This document shows positions 37,321 through 50,875 of a stretch of DNA of 55,957 nt, one piece after another. Source of the DNA: Octopus bimaculoides (taxonomy: Eukaryota); contig NC_068992.1 of assembly GCF_001194135.2 (NCBI RefSeq), forward strand, positions 12,909,443 to 12,965,399. Reading direction: 5' to 3'. The position numbers and the translations under genes are program-made. Under the pieces are notes generated by a model. That model searched no databases. It saw nothing but the letters and a program-made list of their open reading frames with translations, and had not been told where the DNA came from. Numbering within the stretch: the first letter of the stretch is position 1; every line of letters starts with the position of its first letter.

Positions 37321-39147
37321 TATCTAACAATGTTGGTAATAACGGTGTTATAGTTTGATTAGATAAAAAATAAATAATAAATATTAAGTGTTGTCACACT
37401 TTTATCATTAGTTTCAATATGAATGATTGCAAACAAATCTATCAAGAGAAAAAGTATTAAGATATTTCCCTCTCTCTCGCTCTTTATCACCATTTCTTTC
37501 CACACTGTCTCCCTCTTGCTCCCTCCCATGTTTCAATAAGTAGTCTTGTAATATCAGCGTACTTAAATTATTATCAAATGATACATACCGAATTATTTTA
37601 AATATGTTAAAATCCGATATAATATTGTTGCGTTTGCAATACATTTCGCATTCAACATAAAGGCGAAGAAACATTTTCTTATATATATATATATATGAAG
37701 TGGGGTTTCTTATGTGTGTGTGTGTAGGAGTAGGTATGTGCACCCATGCTTACAAACCCACAAAAAAGAAAAACATATAAGATTTCTTCTTGAATGTAAC
37801 ATTCACTGTTTGCTCCCATCTTTAGTACCTTCGCTTTTCTTTTCATGCATCTATTACATGCAATCCTCATATTTGCCTTTAACCAAATCTGAAATTCCCA
37901 AGAAATTCAAGCAATATTTGGTTTCAAAATTTGCTTTGTTCGAACATTCATTTTCTTTTTTTTTTTCAATCAGGCGTATACAGTTTGTGCATACATACAC
38001 AATCATTGTTAAATGCACAAACGCATAGAAATTCCCAGGCACAAGCAAACATGGTTGTGAGAATTTCCTCATATGTACGTATGTGTATACCACGGTGACT
38101 GCATTATGATTTTATATTTTTCGCTCTGTATGTGTGTCTCTCAGTGGGTTATGACTGCGTATGGTTACATGAATGTATATGTCTACATCTATATGAAGAC
38201 TAATTATTTTCCTACTGCATAAAACATCACGGTGTGTTTTCAGATTATGTACTTAAAATAATTGTGCCGTATAGCATCATGACCTTTTCAGTCAGCCGAA
38301 AGCTGTGGTTTGTTTAAGCGTATTAATATATTTTGATAACAGAAATCGTTTGAAGAAAAACAGCAATACAGTTTATTGATTACATAATCAATCAAGAACT
38401 CATTAGACTTCAATTTCACGCTGAACTAACCTTTTTCCAATTCATAACCGAACTCAGTGTCGCTCTCTCCAAAACAAAACATCAAGTTAATATTGTTATT
38501 ATTCATTTACTTATTTACTATATTTTTTATTGTATCTAGGATTTGATAGGGTTAATAACGATAAAAAAAATTGCTAAGCAATAACTAGTCTTTTCAAATG
38601 TCTGACTTAGCTTTGTAGTATGCTTATCACAATGCATTCATTTTATGTGCTACGATTATAATTTTTACGTCGTTTAACGATACATGTTAGGTCAAATGTT
38701 TGTGTATTTCAGTAATGATTTTTTTCTCTTATATTTCTTCGTTTATAGTGTACATATTTGGTTAGAGTGCACTGTTGAACTTTTTGATATTACATTTTGT
38801 GTAATGATTGAATAGTCTGATCATTTTATGACATGGTCTGAAAGAAACCTATAAAAGTAATAAGAAACATCTAGAGATGTCTTTCGCTTGCAATGTTGAC
38901 GTAATTATGCGTATTTTCTAAGTATTGTATGAGAACGACTTCATTTATATGCAATGTTTCTTTTTATAATTTCATGTTTGGTCATCGTTGAAGATGAAAT
39001 AGTTTAGATTCTATGGTTGTCTATTGTGGGTTGTAATATTCTTTTGAAGAAACGAAGCCGAATATGCATTTAAGAGGGAGCAGGGATACTATAGTAGGTG
39101 TCTGCTTATGGGAGGGTATTTCTTCGCTAATTCAAATCACTGCGGAA

Positions 39148-39183
<36 letters not shown>

Positions 39184-39297
39184 GAAATGGACCACGAAAA
39201 AGAAAACAAGATTTGGTGTGAAATATTTCAAGTCAGGATGTTATGTTATACATCCCTATCTATCTATCTATCTATCATCTTTGTCTATTAATCTATA

Positions 39298-39650
39298 TAC
39301 TTGGTTCTGGGTTCAATCCTATTGTATAGAAACTTGGGCAATTGTCTTCTACTGTGGCCTCGAGCCGACCGACGTCTTGTGAGTGGAATTGGTAGACAGA
39401 AACTCAAAGAAACCCGTCGTGTATACATGCATACATATGTGTGTACGTGTGTCTTTGTGTCTGTGGTCTCCCCTTCCCCGCCATCGCTTGACAACAGATG
39501 TCGGTGCCTTTATGTCCCCGAAACTTAGCGTTTCCGCAAAAGTGACTGATAGGCTTACAGTGAATAAGTCCTGACACGATTTATTCGATAGAAAGCGGTG
39601 TTCTAGAATGACCGCACTAAAAAAAGACGCGTTAAAGTGTAAACAGTAGA
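39298..39650 (+). mobile_element. SINE family B, near-full copy
   Basis: ggttctgggttcaatcc (B-box-like)...gtgagtggaattggtagacagaaactcaaagaaacccgtcg, an internal (GT)-rich spacer, then cgcttgacaacagatgtcggtg...gcggtgttctagaatgaccgcac. Homologues at 33300, 45285 and 48310. Confidence 0.85.
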
Positions 39651-41900
39651 AGTATATATATATATATATATATATNNNNNNNNNNNNNNNNNNNNNNNNN
39701 NNNNNNNNNNNNNNNNNNNNNNNNNNNNNNNNNNNNNNNNNNNNNNNNNNNNNNNNNNNNNNNNNNNNNNNNNNNNNNNNNNNNNNNNNNNNNNNNNNNN
39801 NNNNNNNNNNNNNNNNNNNNNNNNNNNNNNNNNNNNNNNNNNNNNNNNNNNNNNNNNNNNNNNNNNNNNNNNNNNNNNNNNNNNNNNNNNNNNNNNNNNN
39901 NNNNNNNNNNNNNNNNNNNNNNNNNNNNNNNNNNNNNNNNNNNNNNNNNNNNNNNNNNNNNNNNNNNNNNNNNNNNNNNNNNNNNNNNNNNNNNNNNNNN
40001 NNNNNNNNNNNNNNNNNNNNNNNNNNNNNNNNNNNNNNNNNNNNNNNNNNNNNNNNNNNNNNNNNNNNNNNNNNNNNNNNNNNNNNNNNNNNNNNNNNNN
40101 NNNNNNNNNNNNNNNNNNNNNNNNNNNNNNNNNNNNNNNNNNNNNNNNNNNNNNNNNNNNNNNNNNNNNNNNNNNNNNNNNNNTATATGCATGTGTGCGT
40201 GTGTGCGTGAGTCTGTTTGGTCGTGTGTGTATGTGTTTGTATTGATATAGAAATGTACACACACACGTACATGTGAGTTCTTTATTTGAGCCACTTTGTC
40301 GCCGTAACTTCAATTTTAGCAAGATAAATCAAAGAGATCCATCTCTACTTTTAGAAACTAGTTATATTTCTCATGACAAATATCCTAATAGTAAGAACTA
40401 TATTTTTTTATATCATATTTACGCATAAACGTAAATCATAGGAAAGCGTAGCAGCAGTACTTCTATTGTTTTTAGCTTAAATATGTTATTCTTCAGAACC
40501 AAAAATCGTTTTATCTGTTCCTTTCTGTCATTCGATTGAAACTATAAAGTCATTTATCATTTTTATTACATGTTAGATTACAATAGATATTATAAGAGTC
40601 GGATTACAAAATCGATACAATTTAGAGCTATATATAAATGTAGTACATATGTGTGGACCATTATACGTTATAATATATTTATCCCACCGGTGTTGATCAT
40701 TTGAATACCAGTAATGTACTGCAGCATAGAACACAAACATACTTTCGTCATTCAATTCAACTTACTATAAATAATAATCATTATAAAACATCTTTGTTTC
40801 ATTCCTTGGCACTTGTTATTAATCTAGCCTCCCCCTCTATACAGAACAGTCTTTTCCTCTGCTGGGAGCGTCGGTTTTTTGCACTATATCTGAACGTATC
40901 CAAACATATTAATTCACGATTGTTTAATACCTACCCTTTTTCAGCAACCATGCACCCACTCCCTAAATTCCCTAACATTATCACCCACTTCCTCTTAACA
41001 GTTAGTCCTTATATCTTTATAATGTGTTGCAATCGCTTGCCGAAACACACCTAGCACCCTAAGGCAACTGAAGTGTGAGAGACGTTGCGGTATAACTGAA
41101 AGAGAAGAACAACACTAAACAAGTCAACAACAAATATATAGTGCATGTCTTTATGTATATAGTGCATGTATATATGTGTATATACATATGTTTATATATG
41201 TATATATATANNNNNNNNNNNNNNNNNNNNNNNNNNNNNNNNNNNNNNNNNNNNNNNNNNNNNNNNNNNNNNNNNNNNNNNNNNNNNNNNNNNNNNNNNN
41301 NNNNNNNNNNNNNNNNNNNNNNNNNNNNNNNNNNNNNNNNNNNNNNNNNNNNNNNNNNNNNNNNNNNNNNNNNNNNNNNNNNNNNNNNNNNNNNNNNNNN
41401 NNNNNNNNNNNNNNNNNNNNNNNNNNNNNNNNNNNNNNNNNNNNNNNNNNNNNNNNNNNNNNNNNNNNNNNNNNNNNNNNNNNNNNNNNNNNNNNNNNNN
41501 NNNNNNNNNNNNNNNNNNNNNNNNNNNNNNNNNNNNNNNNNNNNNNNNNNNNNNNNNNNNNNNNNNNNNNNNNNNNNNNNNNNNNNNNNNNNNNNNNNNN
41601 NNNNNNNNNNNNNNNNNNNNNNNNNNNNNNNNNNNNNNNNNNNNNNNNNNNNNNNNNNNNNNNNNNNNNNNNNNNNNNNNNNNNNNNNNNNNNNNNNNNN
41701 NNNNNNNNNNNNNNNNNNNNNNNNNNNNNNNNNNNNNNNNNNNNNNNNNNNNNNNNNNNNNNNNNNNNNNNNNNNNNNNNNNNNNNNNNNNNNNNNNNNN
41801 NNNNNNNNNNNNNNNNNNNNNNNNNNNNNNNNNNNNNNNNNNNNNNNNNNNNNNNNNNNNNNNNNNNNNNNNNNNNNNNNNNNNNNNNNNNNNNNNNNNN

Positions 41901-41944
<44 letters not shown>

Positions 41945-44483
41945 TAGATAGATAGATGGATACATGCAGGCATGTATTAGTATAAAAGTGATATTTATCA
42001 CGAAATATTGAAAATATAGAAATGTTTATAGCATGTTGATGTGGAATATTATGTAGAGATGAGATAATTCTTCATAATCATGTCATTACAGAATATCGCA
42101 GGTGCACGAATATTTGTGAACGGAATTCATTTTTGTATATTTCCAAATGTAGCCGATATCCCTGAAGCAAATCTTTCCAGAGCATCACAAAATAACAAGT
42201 GTTTGAGTAATGTATACATTTGTGATGAATATTCATACGTAGAAGAAAATATTATCAGGAAATATAGCAAATATTACAGAAAGTGCCGAAAGTAATGATT
42301 CCGCTTGTGAAAGTTCTTTAAAAATATCAAAACTTTGGAAATCTTCCAAAATTACTTCCACTATAATAAATTCAAAGATTTTTCTAATTAATTCTTTATC
42401 TCATCTTTAACCACGATTTTCTTAGAATGCTAATAATTAAATCTGCATTCTATAGTATGGTAATTTAATTCATCGTTGAAGAAAAAGGAAAATTAAAATT
42501 CAAAGTCTGTTCGAGATTTTTAACTTTCATTGTTTTTCAAATTTTAATATTCCATATTGCTACTGTTCAGTCCCCCAACAAATAACGGTTCAACATACGT
42601 GTGCGTTAAGACATCGCGGTGAAAACTCAAAATAAAGCCGCTAAATAGTTTTATACTCTTGCGAAATTCGTTGAATATTGGTTTAACTTTGCTTAAATTC
42701 CAGCAATTATCTTAAAGTATAATTGTGATATTGTCATAATGTGGAACGAACGCTTACATTTTTTCCTATGACAATTTTATGAATTTATTTTATTTGTAAA
42801 CTCTACAAACAGCTATGATATATTGACATCACAACATTTAAGACTTAAACATGTTACACTAATATGTAAAATGCTGTTAAATTTACTGGAACATTTAGTT
42901 TCGAATCCCGATTTTTTAACGCCATTCTATATGAATAAAGTGTACCAACGTTACGTCATAATAATTATCTCTTTGACTTTCTATCTTTCTCTCTCTCTCA
43001 CTCTCACTCACACACACATCCTCTCCCTCTCTCTTAATGTTTGAATCTCCGATGAAGGTATATATACATATATATATATAGTAGGGACTCCAGCTTGATC
43101 CCTTCATTCAGAAGCTCGACGAACTCAGTAATTTGTGTAATGTTACTTCGAAATCAAAGAGATTTATATGAGCAAGACCCATGTTGATAAATTTCCAAGA
43201 TAAGTGTTATTTCATAACAAGCTTCAAAGCGAACGGTGTTCATTAATAACTTATAGTTCTACCGTATAATGAGCTCCTCAGATATCTTTCAATCAGACAT
43301 TAAATATTTTTATCCGTAAATTGCGTTATAGTGTAGATAAACAGAGGATTATAACGTTTCTTGTTTATAGCCATTGTTATATCACTAAATGACTCACAAT
43401 AACTTCAATGTGACAAGAATAGCATTTGTCATCTGTAATGAATCTGACAATGCGTGTCTATTGAAGAAATTAATAACGATTTAGAACACACAAAGAAGGC
43501 CGCACAATAGGAAGAGAGAACTGTTTAATTATCGAAGATTAAAGGATGTCATTGACTCTGCATTTGAATTGAAAGAGCATCGTGCTATAGTATAGTAAAA
43601 TATTATACCCTATGCTGTGCCTAAACTAATATTAATATCTAAGTAGAATAAATATTTGATTGAGATCTCTTCGCTATCAGCTCGATTATGTTGCTGAGTT
43701 GGGAGATGCTCAAGTTTGGATGGCAAGTGGAACTCCTTTTCGTGCAACTGCATCAGCAAAAATGCTTCGAAACCACGCGGTCTTTGGTCAACCCGAAGCG
43801 AACGTCATAAGCATGCTGCATATACAAATATGTACCTACCAATGTACATTTTATTTTAGAGGCAAGCATATATAATGTGGTTAGAATGTCGAGAATGTTA
43901 TTGGAAATCCGTATTTTGGAATATACACAAAACATATTTTCATACTTATTTTGGCATATACACGGAACAAATTTTTCGTTTTCATGTGTTTTTGTGGACT
44001 TTCAGTTGATTCCCTTTGATACTATATCAAAATACAACTTTAAAAATTCCTTACTACGTTCTCTGTAACGACAATACTAGATCATTATGTGTCTTTGAGC
44101 AATATAAGGTGAAATCTGCTTGGTGTCATCGAATAGAGTAGAGACTGTGACACAACCGCGGATGTGTTATGCGACAAGGACTCACACAAAGTTATGGTAA
44201 CCAGTTAAATTATTTTAGTTGCATTAAGAAAATAGTTTCAGATCGTATACAATAGGGGTGGTGCTTTTCTTTCGGTTGAAATGGTCTTGCTAGCATTTGC
44301 TAAATATTTTTGTATATTACATAATTAGACATCTTATCTTTACTTATTAGATGATTCGAAAGGTTATTATAAAGTTGTGAAACATTATTCCGCATTCTGC
44401 CTGGTTTTACGTGCATACACATGCTCACAAGCACACCCATATGTGTACGTGTGTGTATGTACATATATATATGTATATATATA

Positions 44484-44496
44484 AGATCGGAAGAGC
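44484..44496 (+). other. Illumina adapter remnant (assembly artefact)
   Basis: Exact AGATCGGAAGAGC immediately before the gap starting at 44497. Confidence 0.9.
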
Positions 44497-44840
44497 NNNN
44501 NNNNNNNNNNNNNNNNNNNNNNNNNNNNNNNNNNNNNNNNNNNNNNNNNNNNNNNNNNNNNNNNNNNNNNNNNNNNNNNNNNNNNNNNNNNNNNNNNNNN
44601 NNNNNNNNNNNNNNNNNNNNNNNNNNNNNNNNNNNNNNNNNNNNNNNNNNNNNNNNNNNNNNNNNNNNNNNNNNNNNNNNNNNNNNNNNNNNNNNNNNNN
44701 NNNNNNNNNNNNNNNNNNNNNNNNNNNNNNNNNNNNNNNNNNNNNNNNNNNNNNNNNNNNNNNNNNNNNNNNNNNNNNNNNNNNNNNNNNNNNNNNNNNN
44801 NNNNNNNNNNNNNNNNNNNNNNNNNNNNNNNNNNNNNNNN

Positions 44841-44874
<34 letters not shown>

Positions 44875-45284
44875 GAGAGAGACAGAGAGTTGCGGAGGTG
44901 TACTGTACGTATGTACGTTTATGAATTAGATTTAGGATTGGTTCGTTGCATAAATAACTTTCTTACAATAGCAACAAGCGAAATGTTTTAATATCAAGGA
45001 TAAATGCTTTTTGTTGTTTTGTTTTTGGTTTGATTGTTTTTTTGTTAGTTGTTCAATTAGTAAATAAAAATATCACAAGAGATGATATTCCATATTTAGA
45101 ATAGATAATAAGAATTCCTATTATTCAGCACTCCTCTAAATCTGAAATCAATGGTAAGCGATAGATTTTCAAGTTATGCAAACATTAGTACTGAAAAGCC
45201 CAGTTGCATTTTTAGTATGATTTCTCTTTGTTTAAAAACGAATAAAGTTGTAAGTTCTATATTTTATCTTTTATTTGTTTCAGA

Positions 45285-45505
45285 AATTGGATTACTGCCA
45301 TACCGGAGCACCGCCCTGAAGACTTTTTGTTCAACAATTCGACCAGAGAGTTTTTTTGTTTTTTTATTCTATGACTGGTACTAATTATATTGGTTTCATT
45401 TTGCAGTATCATTAATGTACGGAGACATCAACAAGCCAACAGAAATCGATGGGAGCCTGAACCTGAAGCTATATGGTTCCAAAGCAAACTTCTACCACAC
45501 GACGA
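45285..45505 (-). mobile_element. SINE family B, diverged and internally deleted
   Basis: ccataccggagcaccgcc...ttcgacc and gcctgaacctgaagctatatggttccaaagcaaacttctaccacac match the reverse-complemented 3' and 5' ends of family B. Confidence 0.65.
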
Positions 45506-46617
45506 GAAGTATTACTTAACGTTTAGCGCACGTCTGGTATCAAATTCTATGATACAAAATAATTTTATATTTCATAATTTTGGTTATCAGACAATATATT
45601 TTGAAAAAAGTAGTTTAGATTTAGCTTAAATGTCTGCAAGAAGATTGTATTCTTGTATGTATTAAACTTTTCAGATTGTCGATGATTTATTCAATGTTAT
45701 ATTGTTTTAATACGCGAGAAATTCAGAATTCGCCTTAAATGTTTTAAACATTTATAAGCTCGAGTCACGGTACCTATTCAATTTAAATATAGGAAAACTA
45801 TATATGTACAAAATAGAACCGTGCAGTAAATAAATATGACAATGATATTCTGTCAAGATATATAATATTAAACATATCTATTTGATATCTATACTATTCA
45901 TCATATATAATTGTTATAAATTTAATTGTAAACCAATTTTAATTTGGTTTATTCAAATTATGACGTCAATGCCTTGAAGGAAACTTCAATAATACAATTT
46001 AGTTAAGCATAAAAGCATCAACACCTAGTAATTCAACGTCTACTGTCTGACAAATGTAAGGATAAATTATAGGAGAAACTAATGTAAATTTAGAAAAATG
46101 AAACAACTGTATCGCTGTGCTGCCAAGGCAAATTTGTGGCTAAAGAACAACTAATAGCACACACTAATACAATTTAATATTCCTTGGCTTAGCTTTCTTA
46201 ATTCTAAGGCAAAGTTTATGCTATATAATTACTCACCACTTTTTCCCATGTTTTTCCCATTGACTAGCATGCAGACCTGTGGCGTTCTAAATGATACTAG
46301 ATGGATTCGCTTAATGCAAATTACTTAATTTGTCTTATTATGCATTCAAATTAATTGTATTGATAATTACGCCGATGATGATAATAAGAACTCTTTTAAT
46401 CATTCGAAAATTTTACATTGTATGTGTATATGTGTGGTGAGTATTCTTTGAAGCATTAGAATTGATATTTATTTGTTAACGTAGCATCATCAGATATGAA
46501 ATGGAGATGTACAGGAAATCCGACGGCAAAATATCAGCCGGTAAAACAATGATTTATTGTAACAAAACTCAGGGTTCAATGTCGTAAAGAAACTAGAAAA
46601 AAGTTCATGACCAGGAA

Positions 46618-46708
46618 GTACTGAACACTTAGTGAAATAGTAACTTAGTAAAGTAGAACACTTTGTAAAGTAGAACACTTAGTAAGGTAGAAAACTTTGT
46701 AAAGTAAT
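46618..46708. repeat. ~17-bp minisatellite (AGTAGAACACTTWGTAA), about 5 degenerate units
   Basis: agtagaacactttgtaa agtagaacacttagtaa ggtagaaaactttgtaa are visible in tandem. Confidence 0.85.
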
Positions 46709-46754
46709 GTTAGAAATAGGAGTTTAAGTTGAGGAGCTAGTAGAATTATTAGTA

Positions 46755-46905
46755 AGCCTGGCAAAACGCTTCCTCCGTCTGCGTTCTGACTTCAAATCAC
46801 ACCGAGGTCGACTTTGCCTTTCTTCCTTTCGGGTCCATAAAATGTACCAGTTGAGCACAGGGGTCTTACCCCAAACTTGACGTTCTTGTGCCAAAATTTG
46901 AAAAC
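46755..46905 (+). mobile_element. SINE family A, shortened copy
   Basis: gcgttctgacttcaaatcacaccgaggtcgactttgcctttcttcctttcggg...gtaccagttgagcacagggg...ttgtgccaaaatttgaaa. Confidence 0.8.
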
Positions 46906-48309
46906 AATATTAGAAACAAGTTTCTTTGTTTTTATCTACGTCGGTGTTATAACATCAAAATTAAATGTTAATTCTAACTGGATGTATAGTTTTTCCTGCA
47001 TTATTTGGGGCTACTTTAGTCTAAGCCCGGCAAAAACCGTGTATTTTAGTCGAAGAGGGTAATTGTTTATTATTTTTTTAAAAATCGCTTCATTTTACTA
47101 GTCATTTACTAAATTTACTTTAATTAACTGAGCAATCGCAAGTTTTTACATTTGTCATGAAACATTCTAAGTTTCTATACTTCTGCAAGTTTTTATTTTT
47201 TTTATGACACTGACAAGTTTCTTGCGCTTATTTCCTTAAGGAACACTGATCATGACTGCCGTCCATGAAGTTATATTCGTTCAATCGTCTTTGAAGCAAA
47301 TCTGCATCAAGTAATCTATGTATTAAGACTTTACTCTAACTGTTATTCAAAACCCAGGACGCAATTCTGAAAATTTAGCATAGGATTATTTTATTATATT
47401 TTAATTTTTAGATTACTTTACAGTTAAACAATACTGCGGATGAGATTTATGAGCGTTAGTCATTTTTTTGCAACAAAACTTAATTACACTCACAAGTATT
47501 TCAGAGTTACATCAGATATTTTCCGATAATTGTTCGCGAAATGTTCATGTCACTTCATAATTCAGTATAACTTCGACAACTTGAGTTTGTTCTGTTTTTC
47601 CTCTGATTCCCAAAGGTGAGAAGAAATGATTCTCAAATTTCAACAAAGAATGTGTAAGATTGGACAATCAATCAATATTTTATGAGAATCATCACACCTT
47701 TTACTGTAAGTCTTTGATATAGTTTTGGCTAGAACACTAATTTCTCACCAGTCCAAGTACAATAATAGATTTGCCATTCATGAAGGTGTTTTCATTTCAG
47801 AAATCAGAATTTTTTAATGTGTTAATCAGGGAAGAAAAATAAAATCCAATTTCATTAATAGATTAAAAATAGCTTTACCCCGGAGAAAGGTTACATTAAT
47901 ATTGCAGAAAAAAGTGTTCAAGTATTGACCAGACAAAATCTACAGCACCTTGTTAATGTTAGTTGGACACCTTTTACATAAAAGTTGAATTTATTCGTTT
48001 TCTGCATCGCTCTATGTCAAATCATAGGTAGACAATAGCCAAGTAAATTTCCGATGAAATATCGTTTTACTGGGGAGCATGTTGTGTAATATTTGCAGGG
48101 GGTACATGAAGCAATCTCAGCATAGTTCAAATGAAATAGTATCATTGCTAATGATATCAGAGATAATGAAAAATATGACAGCTTGTTACAAGGTCATTTT
48201 TTTATATCAATATAGCACCAAACCTTGGTTTCTATCGTTCACATTAAGTGCGCCTGGACTCTGGGAACTTTCGGGTCTGGAGATGTTCACACCATCATCC
48301 TTCTCTACA

Positions 48310-48500
48310 CTCTCCAACGCCGCCGTGAGCGCTACATTGGTATATTTACTTAACTGTCCGGCAAAAGAGACGAATAGAATACGCACCAGGTTTACAAAGA
48401 ATAATTCCAGGGCTCGATTTCTTCGACTAAAAGATGGTGCTCCAGCATGGCCACAGTGAACATGACTAAAGGAAGTAAAGGAATGAAAGAATAAAAAGAA
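48310..48500 (+). mobile_element. SINE family B, 3' half
   Basis: cggcaaaagagacgaatagaatacgcaccaggtttacaaagaataattccagggctcgatttcttcgactaaaagatggtgctccagcatggccacag is colinear with 39520-39620. Confidence 0.8.
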
Positions 48501-48769
48501 TATATATATATATAAATATAAACGTAGTGAGGTCCAAAACGAAACAAGTCCTGTCTTAGCGACGCTGATATAACCGGATACAGAGTAGTAATAGCTCTAA
48601 AGGAATGGAGTGAGGACCTGATGCCCATATATGTACGTGTTTCTTTGTGCCGTTTCATATTACTACCTATTCTGCTACATTACGTAACCAGTCTTACTGT
48701 GCGTGGAAATATATTATCTTTAAAACGGAGTTACATACGAAATTGATGAACATAGCAGACATAGAGATG

Positions 48770-49425
48770 TTCATAAACATGATGATGATGACGATGAGGA
48801 TGATGATAAGATAGTGGTGAAGGACATGAGGGGAATATGACAACAAAGACGACGCTGTTGAGAGATAAGATGATGATAATGATAATGATTGTGATCATGA
48901 TGAGGATATGAATGACAATTTCGATGAAAAACAATATGATAGTAGTGATGTTAACATTGATTATGACCATGACAATGCTGATGATGATATGTGGTGAGGA
49001 TGATGTTGGTAGTGGTGATGGTGGTAATGCTGGACTTGATGAAGTTGATTATGATAATGAAGATATTTATGTTTATGTAATAAAATATAATAGAAAATAT
49101 ATAATAAATTGCCGATGATATTGATAACATTGATTGTTATGATTTTAATGATGATTCGAATTATGAAAAAATTGTATTCAGAGGAAGATAAAATGATAAA
49201 GATGATAATCATATTGTTGGTGATTAATTTGATGTTATCGTCATCAACGACACCACTGTCATTATCATCATCGGGAACCACAACGCCACTACCACCACCA
49301 CTGCTATCATCATCACCGTCATCGTAGCTATCGTCGTCGTCAGCATCATCATCATCTTTCTCGTGAATATCCTCAGCAAAACCCTCATTATCATTTTTGT
49401 CATCCTTATCATTTTCATGGTTAAC
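48770..49425. repeat. Low-complexity triplet region, GAT-rich then ATC-rich
   Basis: Visible triplet periodicity with a strand switch near 49238. Confidence 0.85.
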
Positions 49426-50744
49426 GAAATTGACACTTCATTCTAATTTTGTGATACGAAAATGATATATAAAAAAGGTACTTATGTCGATATTAATTGT
49501 TAAATATATTAAAATAAGAACTCAACGAAACCGAATCTCGCTATGATTGCCCTCATCAGACGATCTTGACGTAAAGATAAAGCGAAGGTTAGACAAAATA
49601 ACTTGATGAAATATCGTTTATTACCAGTCGTTTGAATTAATTGTACAAGAAAACCATTGACATTTTTGCCTCAAACTGCCGATGATTGCGCTATCTGGTG
49701 ACTACTCAAGAAACAATGTAGAGATCCCTACATCATATAGATCCAGTCAGATATTAGGTGAAGCTGTATTCTTTCCTTCTTCACACTGTGTAATAAAATA
49801 CACAATGATAGCCGTTGACGGGCCTCTTCACCATCAGTGCACATCCCTGTTGTAATAGAGATTTGTTCTTAAATGAAATCCATTGATTTTCAATGATAAA
49901 ATAAATAATTTTGTTCTCGAAACACTAAATGAAAATCAAGACAGGCAGCCAACAACTTCTTTGATCATAGACCTCCTACAACAAGCTTAATCTATGATTC
50001 AACAGCAATAATATGTTCCTATTTCTATTTATGTAAATTTCAATCGCAACTGCCGAATAACCAAGTAATACTAGTAATTAACCTTATTAATATAGAAGTT
50101 ATTCTTCTTAGATATTTCAGTGGATGTTGCTGCGGAAAGAAATGATGAATTTCTCCACTTCAAAACTGTGTCTCTTAACCGATTTTATCGATAATTATAT
50201 TTTCTCTCTAACTAAATGCATAATTGTAATTATTCGTTAATTTCACAAATTCCTTACATATATTTAACGTTTACTTGAGTATTCAGATAAATATTTCCCT
50301 TGTTTCCGCGAATTAGCAACAAAAATAATGCCGAGTAGTGTAGCTCGAAATATGTGCTCTGTTCTGTGATCTTTAAGTTGAAATACTATAGAGACGAAAC
50401 TGACTTTCTTCAATTCGGACAAATTAATTACCAGTGAAGTAGTGAAGCAGATATCAATCGACGTTGCTCATTTTATCTCTATATAGGGATTGGCTATGTG
50501 AATTCATCACTATAGTAGCTTTCATATAGCCGCTCCATCAATTAGTTTGCTCATTGTTGTGGATACTGCGAAAAGGAAGAACGCTTTATTAACCTTACAG
50601 ATGGATTGTTATGACTCGGGGTAGATATCAGTGCACGCATGCATCTATGCATAGGTAGGTTTGTATATATATATATCTGCATACGTCGTTAGGTTTGTCA
50701 CATGATTATGCACGTAAGTGTGTATGCATTCAAATATGTTCGTG

Positions 50745-50766
50745 TATATATATATATATATATATG

Positions 50767-50808
<42 letters not shown>

Positions 50809-50824
50809 TGTGTGTGCGTGCGCG

Positions 50825-50873
<49 letters not shown>
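50745..50873. repeat. Compound (TA)n(TG)n(TA)n(CA)n microsatellite
   Basis: Directly visible. Confidence 0.95.

Positions 50874-50875
<2 letters not shown>

Noticed and set aside
42080-42295. 71-aa ORF with possible acceptor and donor
   Set aside because: No recognisable domain; the length is achievable by chance.
46618-46708. CRISPR-like array
   Set aside because: The units are contiguous with no spacers, and the context is eukaryotic with no cas genes.
48079-48459. 126-aa plus ORF, and an antisense peptide ALTAALESVEKDDGVNISRPESSQ
   Set aside because: The GC-rich part overlaps SINE family B, the splice signals are weak and no homology was recognised.
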